From: Vitrella brassicaformis CCMP3155
Taxonomy: Eukaryota > Protista > Chromerida
NCBI GenBank assembly: GCA_001179505.1
Contig: CDMY01000265.1
Coordinates: 78,455-142,454 of the forward strand
Direction: 5' to 3'
DNA: 64,000 bases
Positions 39,329 through 51,820 of this stretch are shown piece after piece. Every line of letters begins with the position of its first letter. The stretch's first letter is position 1. The notes beneath the pieces were generated by a model that worked only from the letters and a program-made list of their open reading frames with translations, did no database searches and was not told where the DNA came from. Made by a program: the position numbers and the translations under genes.

Positions 39329-40219
39329 CTAACACAACACACAACACCACACACCCACAGAGAAAGATGTGCCTCGTAGTTGAGTTGAAATGTACCATAG
39401 CCTTGCAACTGCTGCCTTACGGCCTGCCTGCCTGTCTGGCCCCGTGTGTGCCTGTCAGAGTCTCTTCTGCACCGACTGCAGGAGGAGACAGCGCACACAA
39501 GCGGGCTTGGCGATCGCTTGACACTTAGCCTACATAGCCTACATGAGTGCGTGAGCGTCTTTTTCTCCTCCCATTGCTGCTGCTGGATGGCTGGATAACA
39601 CAACTGACACGGGAGAGTGAGTGAGAGAGGCTGGGTGGACGGGACGGGAGGGGACGGGAGGGGCGTCTCTGCTCTGCTGATGCAGATGCACACGCCGAGG
39701 TGGGGCTCTGGCGGGTTGCTCACACACAGACACACACACACACACGCACGCACACACATACACGCACACAGAGGTGGCTAGATGGCTGGCTGCACATCTC
39801 ATTTTGGCATGGTTCATCGACTGCGCTGCGTACTTTTTTGTGCGTGGGCTGTATGTCTTTCTGTACAAACACACACAGCACGAGCCAACTTTTTGAGGTG
39901 GATTGGATCATGTTGGCAGTGGTGGCGAGAGACACACGGACCTATATATATGTTATATATGCACCGCACCCATCTTGTGCAGCATTGGCTGGCTGACTGA
40001 TGTCAGCCATGGCATGGCGGCCACCCATCCACCATCGATTCACCCACGCGGACAGACACGGTACGGACTGACATCCTATGCACACAATCTAATCGGCACA
40101 CACAGCGCCCCTCCCGCAGTCACACAGAGGACAAAATAGGCGGCGGGGCACCCACGCACTCTTCCCTCCTTCCCTCCCTCGTGCTTGTACCTGTCTTGTC
40201 TATCTATCTAGCTATATGT

Positions 40220-43200
40220 TCATCTTTTGAGCTGCCGCAGCTCCCGCAGACTCGACCGCACCTGACACACAGACACACAGATGGATCGGTGGCTGGATGG
40301 ATGGATCAATGTGCTGCGCGAATCGCAGCCACTGACCCTGGCGATGGTGGCGTCGAGTTCCATCTGGCGTCTCTCGAGCTCCATCCGACGCTTTCGCTGA
40401 GCTACCGTCTTACCTGCACACACACACACGCACAGGCCACAAGAAGCATACAACAAGCCAGGTGGCCATTCTGCCGCCACACACTCCACTCCGACCTGCG
40501 CTGCCCGATGGGAACTTGCTGAGCTCAGAGTCGATCATGGCATTCTCCATGTTCAAAGTCTGTGTGAGACAACCAACCGACGAACAAGAACGAATGCGTC
40601 AGTCACCTGCCGCGTGTATAGCAGTGTCACCCCCTTTCATGCTGACTGACTGACCAGCAGCTGTTGCTCGAGGCTCTGCAGCCTCTCGCCCTGCTCCTTG
40701 ACCTCCCCCAGCCCCATCCCCTGGTTCAGAGCCGCACCAACGCCCGTCGCCCTCCCACCCAGATTGGCACCCGCATGGGGACTGCTGCCGCTCAACTCCC
40801 CAGACCACCCACCAGCCGTCGATGGCCTCACACCACCACCACCACCGGGCTGCTGCTGTGGGGGCTGCTGGTACACACTGGCGATGGGTGGTGGCGTGAC
40901 GGTACTGGTGTTGACCTGGTGGCCCATCACGCCGCCGTAGTCTGGTGTGGGCGGCTGTGAGGGGTATGGGTTGCCGTATGGTGGGGATGGCTGCTGATGA
41001 GCCAGGGGTGGTGGTTTGGAGGGCTGGAAGGGGGAGGGCTGGGATGGCGGTGGGAGGGGCGGGGAGCGACCCACATCACGATACAGAGATGGGTATGCCG
41101 GCTCAGCTGACAGACGGCCCTCTGCAACACGGAATGCTTGCAATGAGGTTGTGTGTGCATTTGTATTCCATGGTACCTTGTCCGGACAGCTGTGTGACGT
41201 ATGGGCTCTGGGCCATGGCTGGTCCGCCCACAGGCGGGCTCTGTGGTGGCTGTGCCTTCTTGAGTGCGTGCAGCTGCTGCCTGAGGTCGAGCAGCTCGTT
41301 GGACTGCTCCTGCAACTGACGCTGGGCCTTCTCGTGCTGATCCCTACATATATGCACACACATACACCAATGGAGTCCCGTGCTCACTCCTGCACCCACT
41401 TGCACCCACCCCACCCACCCGCGGACCCACCTGTATCTCTGTGCGTCGCGCATTGCAGTCTCATTCTGGGCCGCCAACGAAGCCGACTTGCGCCTGGGAC
41501 AGATAGGGAGACAAACGGAGAATACCGTAGACTTTCAATCAACGAAGCAAACGAGCCCACCCCACCCTCTTGACTCACTTTTCGTTTTCTAGTTCTCCCT
41601 TGGCCTTCTGCGACTCTTTGCGCATCGACTCGCTCTCCTGCATCGTCTGAAAAGACAAGAGAAACAGACAGCAGCGGCATGGCCTTTGCAACCCACGTCT
41701 GTCTGTCTGTCTGTCTGTCTGTAGGTTTGTATGTGAGGTGGTGGGTGAGTGGATCAGATCACTGGACCTACCTGTGCCATTTGTGCGAGTTCGTGTTTCC
41801 TGGTTTTGTCTCGGTCCTTCATCTGGTCTATCAGCGTCTCGTTCTTCGACTGCAACTCCTCACTGTCAGTCGAGTCAGTCAACCAACGGCAGCCACACAA
41901 AGAGACAGACACCCATCTTCGATGATAGATAAGTGCGTGTGTGAGTGAGTGAGATGGGCGGCTTGCGTCATTTGCTCGCTTAGATACCATCTCTTGGCTT
42001 CCTCCTCAGCTTTCTCCAGGTCAGTCTTGAGCTTCTTGGCCTCCTTGCTCAAACTCTCGTACTCACCCTCAAGCTAACACCAACACACGCCCACACACAC
42101 ACGCGGAGAGACACCATTTGGGTCCCGAGAGAGTGCGAGAGGGGTGTGGTTTGATGTGATATAGACAAGCACCTTGTTGAGGCTCTGTGTGGCGGTTTGG
42201 TGTTTGGTCTGGAGCTCCTTGAAGTCGGCCTGCAGATGCTGAATCTCACGCTCCTGCGTAGTCTGACAGACAATGGCATGCTCGAGCACAGTGTTGCTTG
42301 TAGGAGAGATGGCTATCTGTCTGTCTGTGTGTCGTCCCTCCCTCCCTCCCTCCCTCCCTCGTTCACCTTGGTCTCCTCTAGCGACTCCACCTGCCCCTGA
42401 AGCACCTTCTGCACACACGTACCAGGCCAGGTGGGTGCACGCACACGGCTCGCTCATTGGATGCCCCACTCTCCCCCCACCTTTGTGTGTGCGAGTGCGG
42501 CGCAGTTGGCCTGGACGTCCTCGTTCTCCTTCTCGAGTCGTCGCACGGTGTCCTTGTGTGCGGCGAGCAGTCGCGTGGCCTCCTCATATGTCTCTTGCAG
42601 CGTCTGGACAGTGCGCATGAGCTCCTCCTTCTGCTGCAGCGTCTCGTCCAGCCGCTTCTCCAACTGGTTCTTGCGCAACATCACCATCTATAGAGAGGGA
42701 GAGAGGGACACAAAGGAGCAAACGAATCAAGGACTGGCGCACTCTTCATGTCTTGTTTTCGCTGGCTCTCTGACCTCGTTCTTGGCGCTGAATTCGGTGA
42801 CTTGTCTGTTTGCCGCCTCCAGGTTGGCCTGCAGGGACGACACCTTGCTGTCCAGCTCACGGGAAGACGACTTGGACTCACTGCATCCGCAGGGAGGGAG
42901 GGGAGAGAGGTGTGGAAGTTTCCTTTGCGTATCGTCGTGTTTACGTGGTCTCTTTGGCGGCTTCCTTCTCGAGTATGCGCATCTTCCGGTCGCACTCGGC
43001 CTTGACGTTGTCGATCTCCGCCTGGGCCTGCCGACGAAGCTGCACATGCACAGAAGCACAGAGACACGCACGTCCATTCACACAGAGAGAAGTGTGTTGT
43101 CTTTTGAAACATAACCCGCACACACACCTGCTGTATGCGTTGCTCTAACTGCTGGGTGTAGAACTCCCTCAGCCGGGCCTCGTGCTCTTTCTCCTTCTCC

Positions 43201-44847
43201 TCCAGCCAACTCTCAAGCTCCTCCTCACTCTTGGACCCACCTCCTACCCCACCCAAGCCGCCACTCCCACTGACACCCACGCTACTGCCCACATCAGGGG
43301 GCGACCGATCCTCCCTCCGAGGCCCACCAACACCAACACCCGCACTCCCCCTCTCGCCCCACGCCTCACGCGCCCCAGCCGATCCCCGACCCTCACGTGT
43401 GCGCAAAGGCGGCGCACGGGGCGACCGACGGCTGGGCTCTCCTGGGGACGGTGAGGGCGGCAGCCGTCGGCCTGCGGGGTGGAGGGGAGGTGAGGGGGGA
43501 TGAGAGGGCATGCGGCCGCCGTAGCTGTACGGCATCTCCTCCTCCTCATAGGATGCATAAAGGTCATAGGCGTACTCGTCCTCCATCTCCGGCGAGGAAC
43601 CGTAGTAGTCATACGACGAGCCGTAGCGGTACTCCTCCTCTCTCGGGCTCCGCCGGTACTCATAGATGGGCTCGTTGTAGTCGACTACAGGGTCAGAGAT
43701 GGTGTGGTGGGGGTCCCTCCCCCGCCCCCTGCCCGGCGAGAGCCGTCGTGGCTGCTCGTGCGGTTGGAAGTACGAGGGTGGCGGGTAGAGGTCACGCTCG
43801 CGACGGCCGGTGGGCGGCAGGCGCGCAGGGAGGGGGTCCTGGTACCTGGGAGGGGGGCCGATGGAGGGGTAAGGCGACTTCGGCCGGAGAGCCGTCTCGG
43901 ATGCTGACTTGCCGCTGCCCAGAGATGGCTCTGGTTGATTGGTCAACATAACAAAGATGGGGCCAGACAGCGATTGAAACTGGGCCTCTCCGTGTGTATG
44001 TGTCTCACTTGGTCGAGGTGGCCTCTGATCACTGCGATGGCCGGGTGGCGGCGCTGGCACTCTGTCAATCATGTCTAGAATGAGGTCCACGTCCCTCTCG
44101 TCCCTCACTGCAACCCTCTCCCTCTCCCGTGAGACCCGCCTTCTGGTGTCCCCATTATAGGTCTCCTCAGGGTGATCCTCCTCCACAGCTACGCCCACAT
44201 GCTCCTGCTCCGCGGCTGCACAACACACACACACGGTCAGCAATGAAGGCGAATCATTATGTCAGCTGATCTTCTGTGGTCTCAGTCGCCTACCTTCGCT
44301 GGATGCGCCTCTAGCGTACTCCCGCACGTCCCTCTCCACATCCCTTTCGTCGTCATCTATGATCTCGTCCCCCTCATCCATATCAGCATACTCCAGCCCC
44401 TCAACATCGTCTCCCACCTCCTGCGACCTTCGCCGCTCATCGGCCTCGTAATGTGCGATGTCCTCGCGTGGCAACGTGTCGGTGTGAGATCTCTTGAAGG
44501 GCCCGAAGTTCGACGGTAGGCGGTCAAGGGGGCGGGAGGAGGGGCGGGGATGCAGGGTGGGGTCCAGCGAGAAGGCCCTCTCGGGCAACGGACGAGGGAA
44601 GGGGTGCCCTGCACCACACACAGCAACAGATGGACAATTTCTCATGTCTGATCCATCGAAACGACTCCTTGGTGTTCTCTTGCCGAGACCACCACCATTC
44701 TGCCTCTGTATGTGCCCTGCTCTTGCCATCTTCCCTCGCCCTTCTCTCCCTCCGCGCCCGTGGCCTACGTGAATTGGAGAGGCCTTCCGTGTGACTGCGC
44801 GTGTATGGCCGCTGAGCCTCAAGGAAGTCCGTCTTGATGGACGTCAT
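40220..44847 (-). CDS. Large multi-exon coiled-coil protein with disordered Pro/Tyr-rich N-half and an MPHOSPH9/enkurin-like C-terminal motif
   Basis: Many heptad exons (LEKRLDETLQQKEELMRTVQTLQE, EGEYESLSKEAKKLKTDLEK); C-terminus IDSELSKFPSGSAGR|KTVAQRKRRMELERRQMELDATIAR|VRSSLREL. Confidence 0.72.
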
Positions 44848-44936
44848 GACCTCAAACAAACACTGAGGCCGCGGGACTCCCTGCGGGTACGGGTTAGAGA
44901 GCTCTCCTTCCGTGGACGAAATAACGGTACATTGAA

Positions 44937-47735
44937 ATGAGGCGCTGTGTTGTGTTCCTTTGTGTCGCTGCCGGGGTGCTCACACAGGCGAGCAGAGGTG
45001 AGGTCTCCACTCCTCCCCCCGCTGACGACACGAATGAGGCTGCCGACACGCCTTCCCTGCTGTTCGGTGGCCCCTACACTCCTGCCGGTCTCGGGGAGTT
45101 CTCTCTTCATTCCTACCTGAGCGGCATCGAGAAGGCGGCAAACGAGCCGGCCACCTGCACAGACTGCGTCACCCTCGACACAACCCACGACCCCGGACGA
45201 AAGGGACAGCAGACCGTCACAGAAGTGACGGACAACAAGGTGCCGCCTCTGCGGCCTCCCCTTGTGCACCAGGGGGACAAGGCCACCTATGAGGTGCAGA
45301 TCACCGTGTCGGCTGCTGGGGAGCTGACGTATTCGGTGCACGAGACGGATGGCGACGGGCGGCGAGGGAATCAGCTGCTGCGGGAGGCGGCATTGGGGAT
45401 CACTGTGGATGGGGTTGACCTGGGGCAGGATGTGCACATCACTTCAGTGGCTCGGCAGCCGATTGAGTATCGCTATCGCACACGAGGCAAACACAACGAG
45501 GCTTACAACCACGGTGAGCCGACAAAGGGAGAGAGAGGCACCTGCGTGATGTACATTCCTGCCTGCCTCTCTGCCTGCCTGTCTGTCTGTCTGCAGGCAA
45601 CGAGTACACAGTGACTGTCAAGAACAAGCAGGCGTCAACAGACTTTCTGGTCACCTTTCGTCTGTACGATGAGGGGATGGCATTCCGATACAGCCTCGCG
45701 GACGGCCAACGCAAGCACAACAAATCGGTGCAGATTAACGGCGACAGCTCCTCATTCGCTGTGCCGAGGGATGGCATCGTTTGGTGAGCAAAGTGCCGCA
45801 TATGCCATGCCGACCAACTCACGGGCATCTTGTCTGTGTGAGGGACGTTTGGTCAGGCACTTCTATCGCGACCTCAACTACAGCCGTGAAGCCAAGAAAA
45901 AGAAGAACTTCAACTACTCGGGCCCCTGGCAGTCCCACCCCGTCAGCAAGGCCGGCAAGTCCATGCCTGTGTACGGCCCTCCAATCCTCATCGACACGGC
46001 CGACGGTAAGTGGGGTTCGGATGAGCACTACAAGTACCTCCTCATCACCGAGGCAGCGCTCTACAAGTTCACGGGCATGCGCCTGGAGCCGGAGCCCGAC
46101 GGTGTGTTCCGCGCCGATCTGACCGAGAAGCACCTCGACGTCCCAGCATCCTTTAAAACGCCCTGGCGAGTCGTGGCCATGGCGAGGAATCTGGACGAGC
46201 TCGTCAACACGGATATCATGACGCACCTCAACCCGCCGCCTGACCCCAGGCTCTTCGCATTCCGATACGGCGACGTGCAGGCCGGGGCGGCGGATGGGCG
46301 GAAGAGGCGGGCCGTCTACTATCCCTCCTGGATCAAACCTGGCCGCTCTGTCTGGTCATGGTGAGTGCTACCTGCGATCGCTGGGATTCTCTCCGTTTTA
46401 CATCTCCCTCCTCCTTGTCTGCTTGCCTGCAGGTGGACCAAGGAGACTGGTACGCCCAAGCAGGAGCGGGAGTTCGTCGACTATGCGGTCAAGCTGGGGT
46501 ACGAGTACACGACACTCGATGTGGGCTGGGAGCGGTGGTACGCCGACGACGCCATGTTCCCTAAGCCCAAGAAGCCCAGCAAGGCCTATCCCCACAAAGA
46601 CCCCAGGGAGGCCCTCGCGCCAGTGCTGCTGCCCCTACCTGAGGCAACCGGCAACAGAGAAGACAGTCGGCCCACAGCCCAGCACAAGTTCGACTTCGAG
46701 CGGCGAACCAAGGCCCGCTGGCCCCTTCTTCGTGACTTCTGCGAGTACGCCAACGACAAGGGTGTGAAGGTCATCGTGTGGAAGATGGCGGACGAGCTGG
46801 CCATCCCGGGCAAAGACGGCAGCTACTCGAGGATGGACAACTTCTTCGACAAGGTCACACAGCATGGCGCGTCGGGCGTCAAGATCGACTTCGTCAGCCG
46901 CGAGACACTCGACAGGGTGGAGTTCGAGACGGCGACTTTCATTCTGGCCGCCAAGCACCATCTCATGATCAGCTTCCACGGCGTGCACAAGCCACACGGT
47001 GAGGCCCGCCGCTTCCCCCACGAGGTAGGCCGGGAGGCCGTGTGGGGCAACGAGATCGAGAAGTTCGTCAAGCACAACGGGGCCGATGTGGACCACATCC
47101 CGGCCAGCCACAATGCCGCCCTGCCATTCACCCGCTTTGTGGTCGGCCCGGGCGACTACACCCCCCTCGTCCTGCGGCCAGATGCCAGGGGGCAAACCAC
47201 AGCGGTGCGGTGCGCTGCGCTAGCCACTTCCACACAACCATGCCCACACTCGTGCCGTGCCCGCCATCTCTCTTGATATCATCTGTGCCTGCAGGTGCAT
47301 CAGATTGGCACGATGGTCTTGTTGGATTCGCCCATCATGACGGTGGCTGAGCACCCAGAGGTGATCCTCGACGACAAACGGCCCCATGCCCGTGCCGTCG
47401 ACCTCATCAAGGCCATTCCCACCACATGGGACCAGACGCACGCACTCAGGCAGAGCAGAATCGGACAGCTCGCCGTCCTGGCGCGTAGGAATGGTGGCAC
47501 ATGGTGGCTGGCGGCGCTGAGTGGACTCAATGAAGAGCAGACAGTCGAGAGCATCGACACGTCCTTCCTGGAGCAGGGGCGGGTGTACCGTGCGGTGATT
47601 GTTGGGACCAAGTGGGCAGAGGGGAAGGGGGAAGAGCTGTACAGGCGAGAGGAGGAGTGGAGCAAGGGCAAAGGGCTGACGAATGTGCGGCTGCTGCGGG
47701 GCGATGGACTGGTGGCACGATTTGTGCCGAGGTGA
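44937..47735 (+). CDS. Glycoside hydrolase family 97, copy 2, with signal peptide and N-terminal extension
   Basis: MRRCVVFLCVAAGVLTQASRG leader; TPWRVV, KPGRSVWSW|W, EFVDYAVKLGYEYTTLDVGW, GVKIDF, FHGVHKPHGEARRFPHEVGREAVWGNE, LPFTRFVVGPGDYTP. Introns 45514-45596, 45784-45856, 46361-46432, 47205-47294. Confidence 0.93.
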
Positions 47736-48275
47736 TTATGGTGACGGAGCCGGCCGTATGTGTGTTGCTATTTGTTCACTTTGTGTTCGTATTTGTCCCT
47801 CTGGAGTTTGCGATGGCTATCTAAGTGCTTTGGATGCGTTCTGTACTCGACCCTTTTGTTGGTGTCACTTTGTGCGGGCACGGTTTGTGTGATGATAGGG
47901 CAGAAGGTCATGCACGATGTGTGTCATTTGTTGGCGAAGTGTCTTTTGTGAACACCAAGAGCACGGTTGAGTATCGAGAAGGCGGTTCATGTCCGCTTCT
48001 TCGCACCAATGTCCAGCCACCTTACATGAATTGAAAGGGAAAATGAAGCCAATGCACTGCAGCAAAATAAGGGGCCCCGGCTGGCTGGCTGGCAGCCCGT
48101 ACACACATACCACAGCACCCCGACTCTCCCTCGCCCGTCTCTCCACATGTGACCACACCCACAGCCATGTCTCCCACCCCACTGGTGAAGCTGCCGATGT
48201 TGACAAGGGAAGAAAAATGGATACTAATCGAATGCGTCTTTGCTGGACGGGGGGGACGACAGAAGTTGAGAACAG

Positions 48276-48377
48276 GACTTACGATATAAAATGTAGACAA
48301 CGATGGCGCCAACGCGGCCTGTCTGGCTGCTGTTGAGGCTGCGGTGCTTAGGTAAGAGACTCACGATATAAAATGTA
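48276..48377. repeat. Two 20-bp direct repeats containing TATAAAA
   Basis: gacttacgatataaaatgta (48276-48295) and gactcacgatataaaatgta (48358-48377), one mismatch. Confidence 0.9.
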
Positions 48378-48414
48378 AGCAGCAATGAGTGGCTCCCCCA
48401 CGATGGCCGAACCA

Positions 48415-49235
48415 TCACAGCCCAAGACACATGTCGACTCGCCCCTCGCCTGAGGCCCTCGGCCTACCGCACACGAAGACGAATGCGCCATCGGCCATCT
48501 CGTGCAGGCTGTTGGGCGACTCGTGTGCGACCTTGATCACCACCAAGGCGAAGACGAAAACCGCTGGCCGGCCTGCACTCAGTCACACACAAACACAACA
48601 CAAGACGTCTGTACGTATGTGTGGGTGCCTTTGTCGGCTCACTGCTGCGTTCCATCTTCCCCCACCCTGCTTACGTGCAACAAGTATCTCTTTCTTGGCT
48701 TTGCTGCTGAGCACCTCAAGGACCGCCCTCTCCACCTGGCGAAGGTTCTCCGTCAGGTCGTCGGCGTACTGACCAACACACACATGTCAGGCAGACGTCC
48801 ATCCATCCATTCGAAGCATACATACGGTGGTCTTTGTGTGTGCCCCATTCCCACCACCACACCCCAGCCCCCGCCCACGTACGTGCAGGCCGTTGCGTGC
48901 AAGGCTGATGACATTCGCCTTGCTTGGGGGCGTGAGGTGGATGCTGGATGCGCCGGGCCGCCAGCTCGTCCAAGCAGAAGGTGAGCCGCTTGTCGGGGGT
49001 CCACGCCAAACGAGTCACGCCTTGTGCGGACACACACACACAAAGGGCAGCAGCCATCCCATCCATCCATCCATCCATGCAGTTCATTGAGCAGAGGACA
49101 TCCATCTATCCATTCATTCAAGGCGTGCATTCGTGTGCTGGCGCTCTGTATGAGCTCACCTCCTGTGTGCAGTCTGTGTTGTGCGAGGCTGATGACGTTC
49201 ATCTTGGTGGGGGCGGTGAGGTTGACTCTTCTCAT
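48415..49235 (-). pseudogene. 5'-truncated, partly duplicated member B of the unknown N-acylated family
   Basis: Last exons YADDLTENLRQVERAVLEVL...KEILVA|R|RPAVFVFALVVIKVA use the same phase-1 final intron as members A and C; upstream segment present twice; no N-terminal exons and frames do not join cleanly. Confidence 0.45.
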
Positions 49236-50953
49236 GGGGGTTGGCGCTTTCTGAAGGTGAGAAATGCCACCAGACGCCGCCACATAGCCCGCAGCCATGC
49301 CACAAGGGGGCAAGCTGCAGGCTGGCCGATGTCGTCATCGAGGCTGCCCGGGGGACAGGGCGGGGCGGTGTCGGCGGCTGGCTGGCGGCATGGCTTCCAG
49401 AACCCCTCCCACCCCCTTGCAAACCTGACAGATGAAATCAGGGAGACAAAGGGAACAGGAGCCGCTGATTGGATCGATGAATGAGCCGGAATTCAACCCG
49501 TAGCGTACCACGGGTACTGCAGAATCTCGTCGTACGTCAGTGTGTGCGGCCGGCGGGTCATACGATCATACAGATCGTACGCCGCGGGGCTTGCATCAGC
49601 CCCCATCACCGCACGCGCCGAGACCACCGTAAAAGGGAATCTGGCCGCACCCTTCTCCCATTCCACAGGCTGCTCCGTGGTATAGAGGTAGGCTGTGGCA
49701 CCAAGGCGCGAAGTGTCGATAATGATGTGTATCGCAAATGGCTGCCTCCACTGGTCGTCACTCAGCACGATCATGCGGTGTATGTCGCGCTCTAGCAAGG
49801 GGGCGCTGAGCAGATAATAAAATGGCACAGAGAGGCCAGATGAGGCAGCCGTGACCCATGAAAGACACAGACGCTTGTTTGTGCTTACATTGAAATGTGT
49901 GAAGCAGCCTCGCCGCTTTGGCGGACCGTACAACAGCTCCCCTATCAGATGCCTGTGAGAGACATCGAAGAATATAAACAGACAGTCTCTCAGCCTGCGG
50001 TGAGCAGCTTTTGACTTTGTGCTCACCCCAGTCCACAGATGTCGTCTTGTATTGCCCGTCGTGCGCCGATGCCCTTTAGCTGCTCTTGCGTCTTAAATGG
50101 AACAACACAAATGAGACACAAACATGGAGTGGACTTAAGAGCATCGAACAAAATGAATAGCCGCTTACGTCGGCAATAGCAGAGTTGCCGAAGTCAATCA
50201 GCTTCAGAACAGCGCCCCCCTTCTCACCGTCGACCATTGTATTGCCCGACTTGATGTCGCTGTGAGTAAAACATGCGTCACGAGACAAGAAGGCATGGAA
50301 TGAGAGGAGCACTGACTGTCAGCTTTCTCTCTGTCGTCTCTCTTCACCCGTGGAGGACGCCGGCTTTGTTGAGGAGGTCTCTCAAACAGACGACGAGCGG
50401 GAAAAGGAGGTCCCTGGCCTCCTGCTCGTCGATGAGAGACCTCCCGAGGGTGTCCTCCTGGCGCAAGTTCTCTTGGTAGACGTCCATCTCCAAGAAGACA
50501 CCCCCGGTGGCCGACGGGGAATCGCTCTGGCGGACGCGATACGTCTGCAGCAATGCATATATAGCACAGACCCATGAGCCCCATCAACTCAAGGATGTAG
50601 CATTTGCTGACGCTCTTGACTCTCGCGATATTCGGCGAAACGATGGCCATGGCGCGGCGAAGTGCGAGAATCTCCTGGTCGGCGTGCTCTTCGACAGGCC
50701 CTAACCTCTTCAAGGCGCGCATCGCCCCTGGCCACACTTCGGCGGGTTGCGTGTTGGTTGAGGCCGAGCTGGCGAAGCTTATGACGGACCTAGTGTCCTG
50801 TGTGCTGCTCTGTGGGAGGAGGCACTACAGCACACTCGGGCGACGTCTCCACACCCTGCTCAACGGCTGGTCTTGGTCACACACAAAGACTTGGTGGCTC
50901 TCTGTTGGTGAGCCTGCAGGCAGACGCCTGAGGCTCGGCCGATGACAGGGCAT
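49232..50953 (-). CDS. Atypical protein kinase K1 (possibly frame-disrupted)
   Basis: MRALKRL, VLHG|DIKSGN, LKLIDFG, DDICGLG|HLIGELLYG, AAYDLYDRM...EILQYPW|FARGWEGFWKP; paralogue of K2 with matching intron positions. Confidence 0.7.
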
Positions 50954-51820
50954 CAACTCAGGCCGAGAACGTGCGGACAGGGAGGACATACACACGAGGA
51001 AGGGAAAGCAGAACCAGAACTGCTTTGTGGACAAAAAGAATCGTGGATAGAGGACGTCTCGTCGAGAAATCTCGCCGTCGACAAATCTCGCCGGGAAGCT
51101 CACAACTGGTGAGACGGCGGTGCGCGTGACAGCCGTTGACCGTTACCTGATTTGCATTCTGCTGAGAGCACGAAGACTTATGAACCCGTGAATGGTTGAC
51201 ACGTTGGTTGACAAGTCCTTTGGTGTATGTATGCAAAACTGAGGCGTAAAAAGGGCGGCCATTGTGTTCCAGCCAAAATGGTGGCCAAATTAAACCGCAC
51301 TTGGAAAAGCAGAGAAAGAGAGTAAGTGTAGTGTGTAAGTGTACACGTATTGGGAGTCACGGCGGTGGCGAATGTGGCACGCGGAAAATGTTATCTCTCC
51401 CCTCTCCCACCCACCCTGCCTCACTACATATGCTGCGCCCATGCTCGTTGAGCGCCTGGTGCAAAAAGAGAGAAGGTCAGTCAGTCAGTCAGTCAGTCGA
51501 TGGTCCGCCCATCCATATGCATCAGAATGAATGATAGCCTACAGCCTCTTCCCTCTCTTCCTGCCTTCTATCTGTAGGCTCCCACAGAGCGAGTAGAGCA
51601 CCACAGGACAAATGGAAATCACAAAAAAGTCGTGGTCAAAGGCTGGCTGCTGATTGATGGTCACAGAGAGATGTTGCTCTCACATTCTCCCGTCCTCCCA
51701 CTCAGTCAGTGGCTTAAAAAGAAGCGAGCGGCACATGGATTATATGCCCATCGCATCTGTCTATCTCTCTTGCGAGAATTGCCCTTCTGTCTGCTGCCTT
51801 CCTGACATACTATTAACCAC

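Noticed and set aside
51061-51092. 16-bp tandem pair gtcga(g/c)aaatctcgcc upstream of K1
   Set aside because: Only two short imperfect units; cannot be told apart from ordinary slippage.
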